Shown here in pieces: positions 32,701 through 41,742 of a stretch of DNA of 64,000 nt. Below the pieces are notes generated by a model, which ran no database searches, was not told where the DNA came from, and worked only from the letters and a program-made list of their open reading frames with translations. The DNA comes from an uncultured Gemmataceae bacterium (GTDB lineage Bacteria; Planctomycetota; Planctomycetia; Gemmatales; Gemmataceae). Position numbers and translations under genes: made by a program. The DNA lies in the NCBI GenBank assembly GCA_963750165.1, contig CAVVPN010000011.1, forward strand, positions 1 through 64,000, given 5' to 3'. How positions within the stretch are numbered: the first letter of the stretch is position 1; every line of letters begins with the position of its first letter.

Positions 32701-35700
32701 TTGACGGTGGACAATGCGGGCGACATTTTCTTCGGCTTTCAGGAGACCGGCAGCAATCCAGCGGGCATCACCGACGGCGGCATTGCCCGCGTCAGCGCGA
32801 CCGGCGCCGGCAGCTACGTGACCGCCACCGTGGCGACGGGAGCCGGCAGCGGGGCACCGGCCGTCGGCTCGGCGCCGGCGCTCAGCAATGACGGCTCGAC
32901 GCTGTACGTCGCCATCGCCGACTCGGCCGGGTCGTACCTGGTCGGCGTGAACGCCACCACCCTGGCGCATGAATACTCGGTGATACTCTCGGTCCCCAAT
33001 GCTGGAACCGGCGTGTACCTGATCGGCATCAGCACGGCCGCGCCGATGGTGGCGCCGGACGGCACCGTTTACCTGGGGGTCTACCCAAACACCAGCAACG
33101 GCTCGCGCGGCTTCATGACCCATTACTCCGCCGACCTCGCCACCGAGTACACGCCGGGCGCGTTCGGCTGGGACGACACGCCGTCGATCATCCCGGCGTC
33201 GATGGTCCCCTCCTACACCGGCACCTCGTCGTATCTGATTCTGACCAAGTACAACAACTACGTCGCCGGCGAGGTGGGCTCGTACGGCGGTAACGGCGTC
33301 AACGAGATCGCCATCCTCGACCCGAACGCCACGCAGACGGACCCCAACAACGATCCCAACCCCAACATGCTGGTCATGAAGCAGATCATGACGATCACCA
33401 GCCCGACCGAGGACAGCGAATTTGTCAACAATGGCTATCCCGACGCCACCCGCGAGTGGTGTACCAACGGCACCGCTGTCGATCCGTCGTCCGACAGCGT
33501 GTTTATCAACAACGAAGACGGCTATTCCTACCGCTGGAACCTGGCCACCGACACCATCACCCAGGCGGTCGAAATCACCAACGGCTACGGCGAACCCTAC
33601 ACGCCGACCGCGATCGGTCCCAACGGCGTGGTCTACGCCATCAATGGTGGCACGCTGTTCGCCCTGGGCGGCTACAGCAACTACACGCTGACCACCGTCT
33701 CCTCGCTCACGCCCGCGGTCGCTGGCCAGGCGGTGACCTTCACGACAACGCTGGCGAGTACAGACGGCGGCGCGGTGCCGACCGGCAGCGTCACCTACTC
33801 CTACACCACCGGTGTCAACAATCCGCTGAACAGCACTCCCGTGACGCTTGGCACCATGTCGCTGGTGAACGGCGTGGCGACGTTCACGACCTCCGCCCTG
33901 CTTCCCGACCATTACCACATCATCGCTTCGTACAGCGGCGACATGACCGATGGTTATGCGGCAGGGAGCACGACACTGGTGCAGGTGATCCTTGGGAATC
34001 CGACCGTCTCCCTCACCACGTCGGCCTCGCCAGTCCTGGTCGGGCAAAGCGTGACGTTTACCGCCACGGTGAATCCGGACGGCGTGTTCTTCGTCCCCCT
34101 CGGCACCGTGTCGTTCATGGACGGCAGCACCTTGCTCGGGACGGTCGCGCTCAATGCGTTGGACCAATCGACCAGTCCCTCCTCGTCCCAGGTGGCGACC
34201 TTCACCACGTCCTCGTTGCCGGCGGGGTCCGATTCCATCACGGCGGTTTACAGCGGCGACCTGAACTTTGCCGGCAGCACGTCGGATCCGGTGGCCCAGG
34301 TGGTCAACGTTCAGACGGCAACGACCCTGGCCGCAAGCCCCAACCCCGTGCTCGTCGGCGCCGTGGTGACGCTGACCGCGACCGTTTCGCCGAACCCCGG
34401 CAACCTCGGCACCGTGACGTTCCTGGACAATGGCGTCGCCCTGCCGGGGGCCAGCGCCGTCGCGGTCGTCAACGGCGTCGCCACCTTCCAGATCTCCACG
34501 CTGAGCGGCGGCACCCACCCACTCACGGCGGTTTACAGCGGAGCGACCGGCTTCACTGGGAGCACCTCCCCCACGGTCACGCAGAGTGTCGTCAGCACCT
34601 TCCAGGTGGACGCTGCCACGCTCTCGGGCAATTACGTCCAGCTGGTCTTCGACGGCCCCATCGACCCCAACACGACGCAGCTGTACTACAGCCCCGGCAC
34701 CACGGCGGTGGCACCCGACGTCACCGTCACTGGGCCGAGCGGCAGCGTCAAGGGCTCGCTGGTCATTGACGCCACCAACCCCAACGTCGCCACTTTCGTC
34801 GCCACCGCCGGCCAACTGGCCGCCGGCAATTACACGGTGGCCGTCACCACCGCCGTCCAGGCGCTCGGCGGCGCCACCCTCGCCGCCAACTACAGCCAGG
34901 CCCTCACCGCCGCTCCGGTCACGCCGGTCCTCACGGCGGCCAACGTCGCCCGTGGCCCTGGCGAAACCGTGAACGTGCCCAACACCAGCACCGGCCTGCC
35001 CATCACACTGAGCGGCCTCACCGCCGCCGTCCAGTCCGCCTCCTTCACTCTCACCTATGACCCGACGATTCTCACCGTGACGGCGGCCACCCTGTCGTCC
35101 GACGCCGCCACCAACGGCAACCTCGTCCTCAACCCGATCACCTTCACCAGCATCGACGCCCACCACATGCAGATCGCCTTCACCGTGGTCGGCGGCAGCG
35201 GCGGCGGCCACTGGAGCCCCACGGGCGGCGCCGGCACGCTCTTGACCCTCACCGCCACCGTCCCCAGCAACGCCCCCTACACGCAGAAGGCTCTGCTCGC
35301 CACGCAGAACGTGGTCATCAACGGCACCGCCGCCCAGGGCGACGACGCCGTGGATGTCAACGCCTATCCCGGCGATGTCGATGGCTCCCACACTTACTCC
35401 GGCCTGGACGCCACTCTCATCTCCCGCGTCACCGTCGGCGGCGGCACCGGCTTCAGCGTCTTCAAGGACCTCGACCCCTGGATCATCGGCAGCGTCACGG
35501 GCAGCTCCACCCTGAGCGTCACCGGCCTGGATGCCACTGATGTCTCCCGTGCCGTCGTCGGCTCCTATCCTGGCGTCATCCCCCCGCTGTCCACCGGCAT
35601 CACCATCACCGGCGCCACCGGACCCGACCCCCGCCTCTACCTCGCCGCCGCCAGTGGCAGCGCCGGCCAGACGGTGACCGTGCAGGAGCGGCTCGACGTG

Positions 35701-36510
35701 ACGGCGCAGTCGGGCGTCGAGGTGGACGCCCTCGACTCGGTCATCGAGTACGACCCGACCAAGTTCACTGTCGCGAACATTCGCGCTGGTTCGCTGCTGC
35801 CGGGCTACCTCGTGGTCAGTAACATCGACGCCGTGCAGGGCGTCATCCGCGTCACCGAGTTCACCACCAGCCCGGTGCAAGCCGCCCACGGCACCGACGG
35901 CGCCGTGCTGCTCCTGGACTTCACCGTCAAGGCCAGGGCCACGCCCGGCCGGTCGCCGCTGGTGCTCGCTGCCAACGACGGCGGCACCACCACGGCAGCG
36001 TACAACACCGCCGGCGCACTGACGCTCAGCCCAGCCCCGCGGAACCCGAAACCACTGCCGATCCGCGGCGACACCGTGACGCCCTTCGTCGCGGGCGTGG
36101 ACAGCTTCTTCACCATCGTCGGCCCCGGCGGCGCACCCGGCAGCCTCCCGGCCCCAATCGCGGTCGCCGACGGCAACAGCCCGGTCACGCGCAGCCCGGT
36201 GATCGTCCCGGGGATGAGCGCCGTCCAACCGGTCCAGCCGCCCAACAACTTCCTGCCCGTGGCCATGCCGGTGGTCTCGACCGGCACCGTGGGAACCCTC
36301 CCCCTCCTGATCGCCACCGACGAATTCTGGCGGCGCTATGGCGACCCGGGCGCGCCCGGCCTGAGCGATGACGTGGCTACCGATGAGAACCACGCCCCAG
36401 TTGATGCGGAGTCCCTGGGGCCCGCCGACTACGTGTGGTCGCTGGCGGGGGAAGTGCTCACGTCGGCGACCGGGACCAAGGATACTTCGCCGTCTGAGCC
36501 GAGAACCTGA
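29737..36510 (+). CDS. Large surface protein: SBBP repeats, Ig-like domains, propeller-like domain, cohesin/dockerin-like tail
   Basis: RLCVERLEDRLAPA export motif; LPLSFEANVGQ; seven YSTYLGG...IAVDxxGxAYVTG repeats; GQSVTFTATV Ig repeats; GDVDGS...LDATLISR. Confidence 0.9.
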   Translation: MRFSSWLSVRRMSGNLPGHTESRRRPTRPCWWRLCVERLEDRLAPASAQMQQAYGQLPLSFEANVGQTAAQVQYLSSGNGYALFLTSTGAVLSLTQPAAGGTAKTSPLTSTTGVALAMNLVGANPQASVSGLDKQAGVSNYFIGNDPSQWHTNIANYSQVEYQDVYPGVNLVYYGNQQQLEYDFVVAPGAKPSNIQLNFQGQDSMSLDAQGDLVLHTATGDVLQHAPVVYQEINGVRQTVSGQFVLGTQGQVSFQVGAYDKGLPLTIDPMLVYSTYLGGNSEDDGLAIAVDGSGNAYVTGDTESTNFPTTTGAFQASPGGGYDAFVTKLNAAGTAINYSTYLGGNGADYGYRIAVDGAGSAYVTGFTQSSNFPTTAGAFQTSHGSDGGLYDAFVTKLNATGTALSYSTYLGGNNQDEGSGIAVDGAGNAYVTGYTSSTNFPTTTGAFQTNYGGAPDAFVTKLNATGTTLVYSTYLGGSGGARANGLAVDASGNAYITGYTYSSNFPTTAGAFQTSSGGTEDAFVTKLNAAGAALIYSTYLGGDSYDDGYAIAVDGAGSAYVTGFTQSSNFPTTAGAFQSSHASDGGTDDAFVTELNAAGTALSYSTYLGGNQFDLGTGIAVDSAGNAYVIGYTASTDFPTTAGAFQTSHGSDGGLYDAFVTKLNATGTALSYSTYLGGNNQDEGSGIAVDGAGNAYVTGYTSSTNFPTTTGAFQTSYSGGQDAAFVAKFGLASPTTTTLTANGPNPSLVGQSVGFTVQVSPAPPDGESVSLEDASNGNVVVGTGTLTNGSATITLSSLAVGVHNLVAVYGGDGPNLGSTSSPVTQTVNQLWNEFNGNAQHTGISSVAAQPTDQILWQTSVNLQGSYFWHTGEPVFTPNDTVIVPVKVTSSGQQTGTANYELEAFNGNTGTLLWTVTSEYIAVSNGWLPPYQPVYDPITNHVYFPGLGGTLEYISNPDNPGSSTPTPTVEEFYGTYTSAYDSSIYIDTPLTVDNAGDIFFGFQETGSNPAGITDGGIARVSATGAGSYVTATVATGAGSGAPAVGSAPALSNDGSTLYVAIADSAGSYLVGVNATTLAHEYSVILSVPNAGTGVYLIGISTAAPMVAPDGTVYLGVYPNTSNGSRGFMTHYSADLATEYTPGAFGWDDTPSIIPASMVPSYTGTSSYLILTKYNNYVAGEVGSYGGNGVNEIAILDPNATQTDPNNDPNPNMLVMKQIMTITSPTEDSEFVNNGYPDATREWCTNGTAVDPSSDSVFINNEDGYSYRWNLATDTITQAVEITNGYGEPYTPTAIGPNGVVYAINGGTLFALGGYSNYTLTTVSSLTPAVAGQAVTFTTTLASTDGGAVPTGSVTYSYTTGVNNPLNSTPVTLGTMSLVNGVATFTTSALLPDHYHIIASYSGDMTDGYAAGSTTLVQVILGNPTVSLTTSASPVLVGQSVTFTATVNPDGVFFVPLGTVSFMDGSTLLGTVALNALDQSTSPSSSQVATFTTSSLPAGSDSITAVYSGDLNFAGSTSDPVAQVVNVQTATTLAASPNPVLVGAVVTLTATVSPNPGNLGTVTFLDNGVALPGASAVAVVNGVATFQISTLSGGTHPLTAVYSGATGFTGSTSPTVTQSVVSTFQVDAATLSGNYVQLVFDGPIDPNTTQLYYSPGTTAVAPDVTVTGPSGSVKGSLVIDATNPNVATFVATAGQLAAGNYTVAVTTAVQALGGATLAANYSQALTAAPVTPVLTAANVARGPGETVNVPNTSTGLPITLSGLTAAVQSASFTLTYDPTILTVTAATLSSDAATNGNLVLNPITFTSIDAHHMQIAFTVVGGSGGGHWSPTGGAGTLLTLTATVPSNAPYTQKALLATQNVVINGTAAQGDDAVDVNAYPGDVDGSHTYSGLDATLISRVTVGGGTGFSVFKDLDPWIIGSVTGSSTLSVTGLDATDVSRAVVGSYPGVIPPLSTGITITGATGPDPRLYLAAASGSAGQTVTVQERLDVTAQSGVEVDALDSVIEYDPTKFTVANIRAGSLLPGYLVVSNIDAVQGVIRVTEFTTSPVQAAHGTDGAVLLLDFTVKARATPGRSPLVLAANDGGTTTAAYNTAGALTLSPAPRNPKPLPIRGDTVTPFVAGVDSFFTIVGPGGAPGSLPAPIAVADGNSPVTRSPVIVPGMSAVQPVQPPNNFLPVAMPVVSTGTVGTLPLLIATDEFWRRYGDPGAPGLSDDVATDENHAPVDAESLGPADYVWSLAGEVLTSATGTKDTSPSEPRT

Positions 36511-36537
36511 CAGCGCCTGGGAATGGCCCGGAAAAGC

Positions 36538-36564
36538 CAAAACCCTCGCGCTGCGAGGGTTTTG
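36538..36564. terminator. Hairpin between the large gene and tmRNA
   Basis: caaaaccctcgc-gct-gcgagggttttg. Confidence 0.7.
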
Positions 36565-36611
36565 ACTCCACCCGTCCAACCGTGGCTACGGTTGGCGAAG
36601 GTGAACCGGAG

Positions 36612-37017
36612 TGGAGGCGGCGGGAATCGAACCCGCGTCTCGGAGTACTTCAGCGCCCGCTTCTACGTGTGTAGCACCTCAATGCTGGACGGCCGTGACC
36701 TTGCGGCCGCGCCGCCCGTGTTCGCCTGTCGGCCCCCCGAGGAGCAGGGTTGCCGACGGGCTATCCGGCTGTGAGATTTAGCCGACGCCGCCTCCGGTGC
36801 GATCGGTTGCCCGACCTCGAGCGTCAGCGATCCTGATTTAGCGTCTGAGCCGGAACCTCTCAGGCCAAGCTCCCGGACTCAGGGCAGCCTTATTTAGGCC
36901 GCCATGGAAAACTGCGGTTCAGCAGTTAAAGTGTGACCTGATTTTTACGTGGCCATCAGGTCAACCACGACACGCCACGAACACGTCACCTTACCCGATC
37001 GAAACCAGGTCGCCCCC
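36612..37017 (-). ncRNA. ssrA: tmRNA; tag peptide (A)AEPQFSMAA at 36923-36894
   Basis: 5' GGGGGCGACCTGGTTTCGA; 3' GACGCGGGTTCGATTCCCGCCGCCTCCA; G3-U70 pair; TTAACT-GCT resume context; tag ends AA-stop. Confidence 0.95.
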
Positions 37018-37081
37018 TTTTCAGCTAGAAGAAACGGTTTTCGTTCCCCGGTGGATTATACGAATGTCAGCCGCCCCCGTG

Positions 37082-37636
37082 TCAAGAGGGCGTGGGTCGG
37101 GTTTGCAGTTCCGCCAGCAGCCGGGTGACCAGGGCGTGCGCCGCCGCCGCCTCGGGCTGCAGGCCACCCTGCAGGGCCTCCAGGTAGCGCCGTACCCGTC
37201 CCAGGCTGCGCGGCCGTTGCTCCGCCGCCAGGTGGCTCATGTCGAGCAGGTTGTCGAACACGTCGGCCAGCTTGCACACCTGGACCTGCCACGGCGCCGC
37301 GGCCAGTTGCCGGCAGTACGCCTCCTCGCGTTGGTCGTCCGGCAGCCGCTTGTCCTTCGACAGCAGAGCCACCCAGCCGGCAACCTCCCGGCCGAAGTGC
37401 CCTTCCAGATCGTCGAAGTCGGTGGTGGTGTCTTCGATGGTGTCGTGCAGCAGAGCAGCCGTCAGCACGCGCGGGTCGGCGACGCCGAACACCTCGCGCA
37501 GCACCAGGGCCACGCGGAACACATGGCTGTGGTAAGGCGTCTGGCCGTCCTTGCGGCGCTGGCCGTGGTGCGCCCGCGCCGCGAACGCGACCGCTTCCAG
37601 CAGCGGCTGGTATGTGCCCGCGATGGTGTCCGCCAT
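37082..37636 (-). CDS. HD-domain (p)ppGpp hydrolase-like protein (SAH/Mesh1 type)
   Basis: AARAHHGQRRK, TPYHSH, ALLHDTIEDT and KLADVFDN. Confidence 0.88.
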   Translation of the reverse strand: MADTIAGTYQPLLEAVAFAARAHHGQRRKDGQTPYHSHVFRVALVLREVFGVADPRVLTAALLHDTIEDTTTDFDDLEGHFGREVAGWVALLSKDKRLPDDQREEAYCRQLAAAPWQVQVCKLADVFDNLLDMSHLAAEQRPRSLGRVRRYLEALQGGLQPEAAAAHALVTRLLAELQTRPTPS

Positions 37637-37841
37637 GCCTTGCCTCCCGGGCCGGCCGCACCGGCTGGGCGCGAACCGTGAACGTTGCGGCACAGCTTAC
37701 GCGGGACGGCGGATCTCGCCCAGCCAGGTCCGCTCCGTTCGCCGCGCTGCGCGTGCCGCCCGCCTGACCTGAAGCAGCGAATTGCTTGCCGGGCGAAATC
37801 GGAAAAAAGGAAAAAATCGTGAAAGAAGGGGAACATTTTTC

Positions 37842-37870
37842 TTGCAATTGACTTTCATGGCTTGTAGGTT
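37842..37870 (+). promoter_or_regulatory. Promoter of DUF1559 cassette 1
   Basis: TTGCAA-17 bp-TAGGTT preceded by an A/T-rich tract. Confidence 0.55.
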
Positions 37871-38118
37871 TTACTCCTAGACTCGAAACCGTTTCTCGGC
37901 TTCGGAAGTACCTCTCCAAAACGGCACGGGCTCGCGATATGACAGGCAATCAAACCTGGTGTTTGCCCGCGCGCACCCAGCAGGCGGCGGACTGGGATGT
38001 GGATTTGGTTCCGTGTCCTGAATTTTCGTGCAGATAGTCTTCGGTTCATGTGTAAGCGGACGCTTCAGGGCGGCCGTTGTTTTCATTGCCATCTTGCTAT
38101 CTCTGCGGAGGTCAAATC

Positions 38119-39051
38119 GTGCGAAGGTTCCAACAGCGACTGGCGTTCACGCTGATCGAGTTGCTGGTGGTGATCGCCATCATCGCCATCCTGATCGGCC
38201 TGCTCCTGCCTGCCGTGCAGAAGGTCCGCGAAGCCGCGGCCAACACGCAGTGCAAGAACAACATGGGGCAGCTGGGCAAGGCCCTGCACAACTACCACTC
38301 CAACTACAAGGCGTTTCCGCCGAACCTCACCACGCAAGCCGTGCCCCGGCCCAGTACGCCCGGAGTCGGGCCCGAGCCCGCCACCAACTCCTGGCAGGCG
38401 AGCTGGTTGGTTCTCATTGCGCCGTTCATGGAACAGCAGAACGCCACGTACAACATCGTCCTGGCGTCGTACAACTGCCCGGCCGACCCGCGCTATGCGA
38501 GTGGACTCTGGAACCCTCAGGACTCGCACGGCTACACCAGTTACCTGTGTGTGACGGGGTACAACACGTACACCTCTTCCAACACCTCGGCCCAGTTAGG
38601 GATGATGTACCTGGGCTCCAAGGTTTCCGCGTCGCAAGTGGTCGATGGAACCAGCAACACGATTCAGGCGGCCGAACGGCCGCCGAACCTGCTCGGCGCC
38701 GACTGGGGCTGGGGCTGGTGGGACTCCTACGACGAGGGGGATGTCTCCATTGGCTTGCAGAACACTAACGACATCTCCACGACCGGGGGCTGCCCGTCGC
38801 CGGCGTATTTCGGGCCTGGCGCCACTTCGGCGGACGGCGGCTCCAACAGCTCCCCCTATCAAGGGTACTTCGGCGGCCCCCTCGCCCAACCCGCCTGCCA
38901 CGTCAATCATCCCTTTAGCTTCCACACCGGCGGTGGCAATTTCCTGTTCGGCGATGGCTCCGTCCACTTCATCGCCTACTCGTTCGGTACGCAACTGCCG
39001 CCGTTCGCCACCAAGGCCGGTCGCGAAGCGAACCCGCCCATCGATTACTAA
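38119..39051 (+). CDS. DUF1559 prepilin-type protein
   Basis: [38 protein letters not shown] and H-X9-DG motif. Confidence 0.95.
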   Translation: MRRFQQRLAFTLIELLVVIAIIAILIGLLLPAVQKVREAAANTQCKNNMGQLGKALHNYHSNYKAFPPNLTTQAVPRPSTPGVGPEPATNSWQASWLVLIAPFMEQQNATYNIVLASYNCPADPRYASGLWNPQDSHGYTSYLCVTGYNTYTSSNTSAQLGMMYLGSKVSASQVVDGTSNTIQAAERPPNLLGADWGWGWWDSYDEGDVSIGLQNTNDISTTGGCPSPAYFGPGATSADGGSNSSPYQGYFGGPLAQPACHVNHPFSFHTGGGNFLFGDGSVHFIAYSFGTQLPPFATKAGREANPPIDY

Positions 39052-39125
39052 CCACCCAGGTTGTCCGGCAGCCTTCCGAGACCGTTTCGGTCTCGGAAGG
39101 TTGCTCGCTTTTGGAAAGGATCACG

Positions 39126-39548
39126 GTGTTCAGGCATTTTCTAGTCGGCTCGATGGGATTCGGTATCTTCGTGCTTCTGGTCGGCTGCGGCCAGAGCTAC
39201 GGCGATCTGAGTGGCAAGGTGACCTACAAAGGCAATGTCCTCCGCATGGGCACGGTTTCCGTGCTCGGCAGTGACGGCATCACCCGGGCGAGCATGATTG
39301 CGAAGGACGGCACGTACTCGGTCGAGAAGGTCGCCGCCGGAGAGGTCAAGCTCACCGTCTACTCTCCGGATCCTGAGTTGAGCCAACCCCACAAGCGGCA
39401 GAAGAAGAACGCGCCGCCGCCTCCGAAAGTGGAAGTGGACAAAACCGGCTGGGTCGCCATCCCGGAGAAGTACGCCGACTTCAAGGATTCGGGGTTGACC
39501 TTTTCACTGAAGCCCGGCCCCAACAGCTATGACATCGAGTTGAAATGA
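39126..39548 (+). CDS. DUF1559-associated lipoprotein
   Basis: Lipobox LVGC; SGKVTYKG, DGTY, IPEKY and NSYDIELK. Confidence 0.88.
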   Translation: MFRHFLVGSMGFGIFVLLVGCGQSYGDLSGKVTYKGNVLRMGTVSVLGSDGITRASMIAKDGTYSVEKVAAGEVKLTVYSPDPELSQPHKRQKKNAPPPPKVEVDKTGWVAIPEKYADFKDSGLTFSLKPGPNSYDIELK

Positions 39549-39750
39549 CCTGGGGCCCGAGCAGGGTCACCATCGGCGGTTGCAATCCCGCCGGCAGACG
39601 CAAGGCAGCCTGCGAGAAGGGCAGGAGTCTTGCGTCTTCACTTTTCCTGATGCTTTCCGGCGTTTCGCCCAGGCGTTTGAAGGATTTCCTTGACCGTCTG
39701 CGGGCGGGAATTGAAAAATGAAAAAATAAACATCCATCAGTTTTTTCTTC

Positions 39751-39779
39751 TTGCAATTGGTTTTTTGGGCAGCTACCAT
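39751..39779 (+). promoter_or_regulatory. Promoter of DUF1559 cassette 2
   Basis: TTGCAA-17 bp-TACCAT preceded by an A/T-rich tract. Confidence 0.55.
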
Positions 39780-40015
39780 CATTAAAAATCGCGACCGTTT
39801 GGTCACAACTTTACCTCTCCCACAAACGCAGGGTCTTTCCAACGGAATTTGTCGCGCGCCGCCAACGCGACGTGGTCGGGGGACGAGGGCCCGATGGCCA
39901 GGGTCGGTTCGCCGGCTCGAACTTCTTGCAGATGGATCTGTACGCACGTATCGGGGACGTATTCAGCGACCGATGAATTCATCGCTTTCATGCAGTTCCT
40001 GGCGGAGGACAGCTC

Positions 40016-40977
40016 ATGCAACGGTTCCCACGACGGCAGGGCTTCACGCTGATCGAGTTGCTGGTGGTGATCGCCATCATCGCCATCCTGATCGGTTTGT
40101 TGCTGCCCGCCGTGCAAAAAGTGCGCGAGGCCGCGACCAACACACAGTGCAAGAACAACCTGCACCAGATTGGCGTCGCTCTGCACGGCTACCACGGCAT
40201 GTACAAACGCTTCCCACAGGGCATCCAGTATTCGGCCCCGCACTACTACTGGAGCTGGATGGCGCAGATGATGCCCTTCTTTGAACAGGATAACCTGTAC
40301 ACCCAGGCCGAGAACTGGGCGCGCAACACCTCCGTCAATAGTGGCTGGAACTATTGGCCCTGGGGTGACTTCTGGGACAGCCCGCAGACGCCAGCCAACC
40401 CGGCCCTGGGGGTGGTCCTGTCCACGTTGAAATGCCCGGCCGACGAGCGCCAGGACTACTCCATATCGGGAAACCAGGGGGGCATCTACCCCCAGAGCAG
40501 CATCGCCTTCACCGGCTACCTGGGCAACGCCGGCAGCGCCCAGGGGAACGAGGCCTACAGCGGTGCCCCGTGTAACGGCGTCCTGTACTGGACCTCCTCG
40601 ATCCGCATGACCGACATCCGCGATGGCACCAGCAACACCTTGCTGGTGGGTGAGCGGCCGCCCAGCGCCGACCTGTATTACGGCTGGTGGTTCGCCGGGG
40701 CCGGCTGGGACGGCAGCGGCGTGGGCGACGTGCTCATGGCGCGCGGGCCACCAACTACGCAGCCAGCCTGGGCTGCCCGGCGACCAGTGTGGGCTTCCAG
40801 GCGGGAATGGCGAGCAACACTTGCGATCAGGTCCACTTCTGGAGTTTCCACGCGGGCGGTGGCAACTTCCTCATGGCGGACGGCTCGACCACCTTCCTGA
40901 GTTTCGGTGCCAACGCGGTGCTGCCGCAGTTGATGTCGCGCAACGGCAGCGAAGTCTTTGACCTGTCGCAGTATTAA
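40016..40977 (+). CDS. DUF1559 prepilin-type protein, frameshift near 40740
   Basis: [12 protein letters not shown]; adding one G gives MGARATNY...[17 protein letters not shown]. Confidence 0.9.
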
Positions 40978-41045
40978 CGCGCTGCAGACCTGCAGGCCCC
41001 TCCCGTCCGGGAGGGCCTGGTTCCTTCGACCGCAAGGGTTTTCGC

Positions 41046-41507
41046 ATGTCTGGTTCCCATGCCGGTCGGTTCGCCGTCTTCCTGGCGTGCGTCTGCGCAG
41101 CCGCCAGCGTGCTGGGGTGTGGCAGCAGTTCCTCCCCCGCCAAGGTGTCCGGCAAGGTCACGCTGAACGGCCGGGCTCCCAGGATAAAGGGCTTGCAGAT
41201 TTCCTTCCTCGGCTCGAACGGCCGCATGTACGCATTCCCGATCAACGAGGACGGCACGTACTCGGCCGAGGATGTGCCCGCGGGGGAGACGACGGTCGCC
41301 TTCCTTTATGTCGATCCGTCCGTGGTGCCGGTGAACCCGGGACAGGGCCGCGGGCCCGGCGTACGCCCCGACAAGGCTGGGCCCAAGAACAACGATCAGA
41401 GCAAGAACCCGATCCCCGAACCCCTCCGAGACGGGAGCACTTCCAAAATCACCTTCAAGGTCGAGTCCGGCCAGGACAACGTGTTCAACTACGACATCAA
41501 GTCCTGA
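41046..41507 (+). CDS. DUF1559-associated lipoprotein
   Basis: Lipobox VLGC; VSGKVTLNG, DGTY and NVFNYDIK. Confidence 0.88.
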   Translation: MSGSHAGRFAVFLACVCAAASVLGCGSSSSPAKVSGKVTLNGRAPRIKGLQISFLGSNGRMYAFPINEDGTYSAEDVPAGETTVAFLYVDPSVVPVNPGQGRGPGVRPDKAGPKNNDQSKNPIPEPLRDGSTSKITFKVESGQDNVFNYDIKS

Positions 41508-41537
41508 GACTGCGTCCAGCGCGGCCAAGGTCACTTT

Positions 41538-41649
41538 CTGGCGAGCGGCGCGGCGTCAGCCCGCCGGTGCATCCGAGTACCGGCGGCCTGACGCCGCGCC
41601 GTTCGCCAGCTTCCGAGTACCGGCGGGCTGACGCCGCGCCGCGCGCCAG
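41538..41649. repeat. REP cluster of three units (GCGAGCGGCGCGGCGTCAGCCCGCCGGT family)
   Basis: One forward and two reverse units; the same family recurs at 46926-46993. Confidence 0.85.
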
Positions 41650-41742
41650 GAGGCGGGATTCCCCTTGACCGGCCCCCGCCGCGCGCGACAATACCGCGAA
41701 GTGCGACACATACAACCGGCACACCTTCGTGGGGAGTCGAAC

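Noticed and set aside
32266..36579. 1437-aa antisense ORF and other long opposite-strand ORFs (29542-31899, 41947-43731, 44082-46136)
   Set aside because: Shadow frames of GC-biased real genes; no motifs or plausible composition.
36560..36640. Island integrated at the tmRNA 3' end
   Set aside because: No duplicate of the ssrA 3' end and no adjacent integrase in the window.
37871..38118. Riboswitch in the DUF1559 leaders (also 39780-40015 and 29330-29736)
   Set aside because: No recognisable c-di-GMP, cobalamin, TPP or SAM consensus by eye; an Rfam scan would be needed.
41538..41649. Possible mini CRISPR array
   Set aside because: Units are inverted, spacers are about 10 bp and no cas genes are present; it is a REP cluster.
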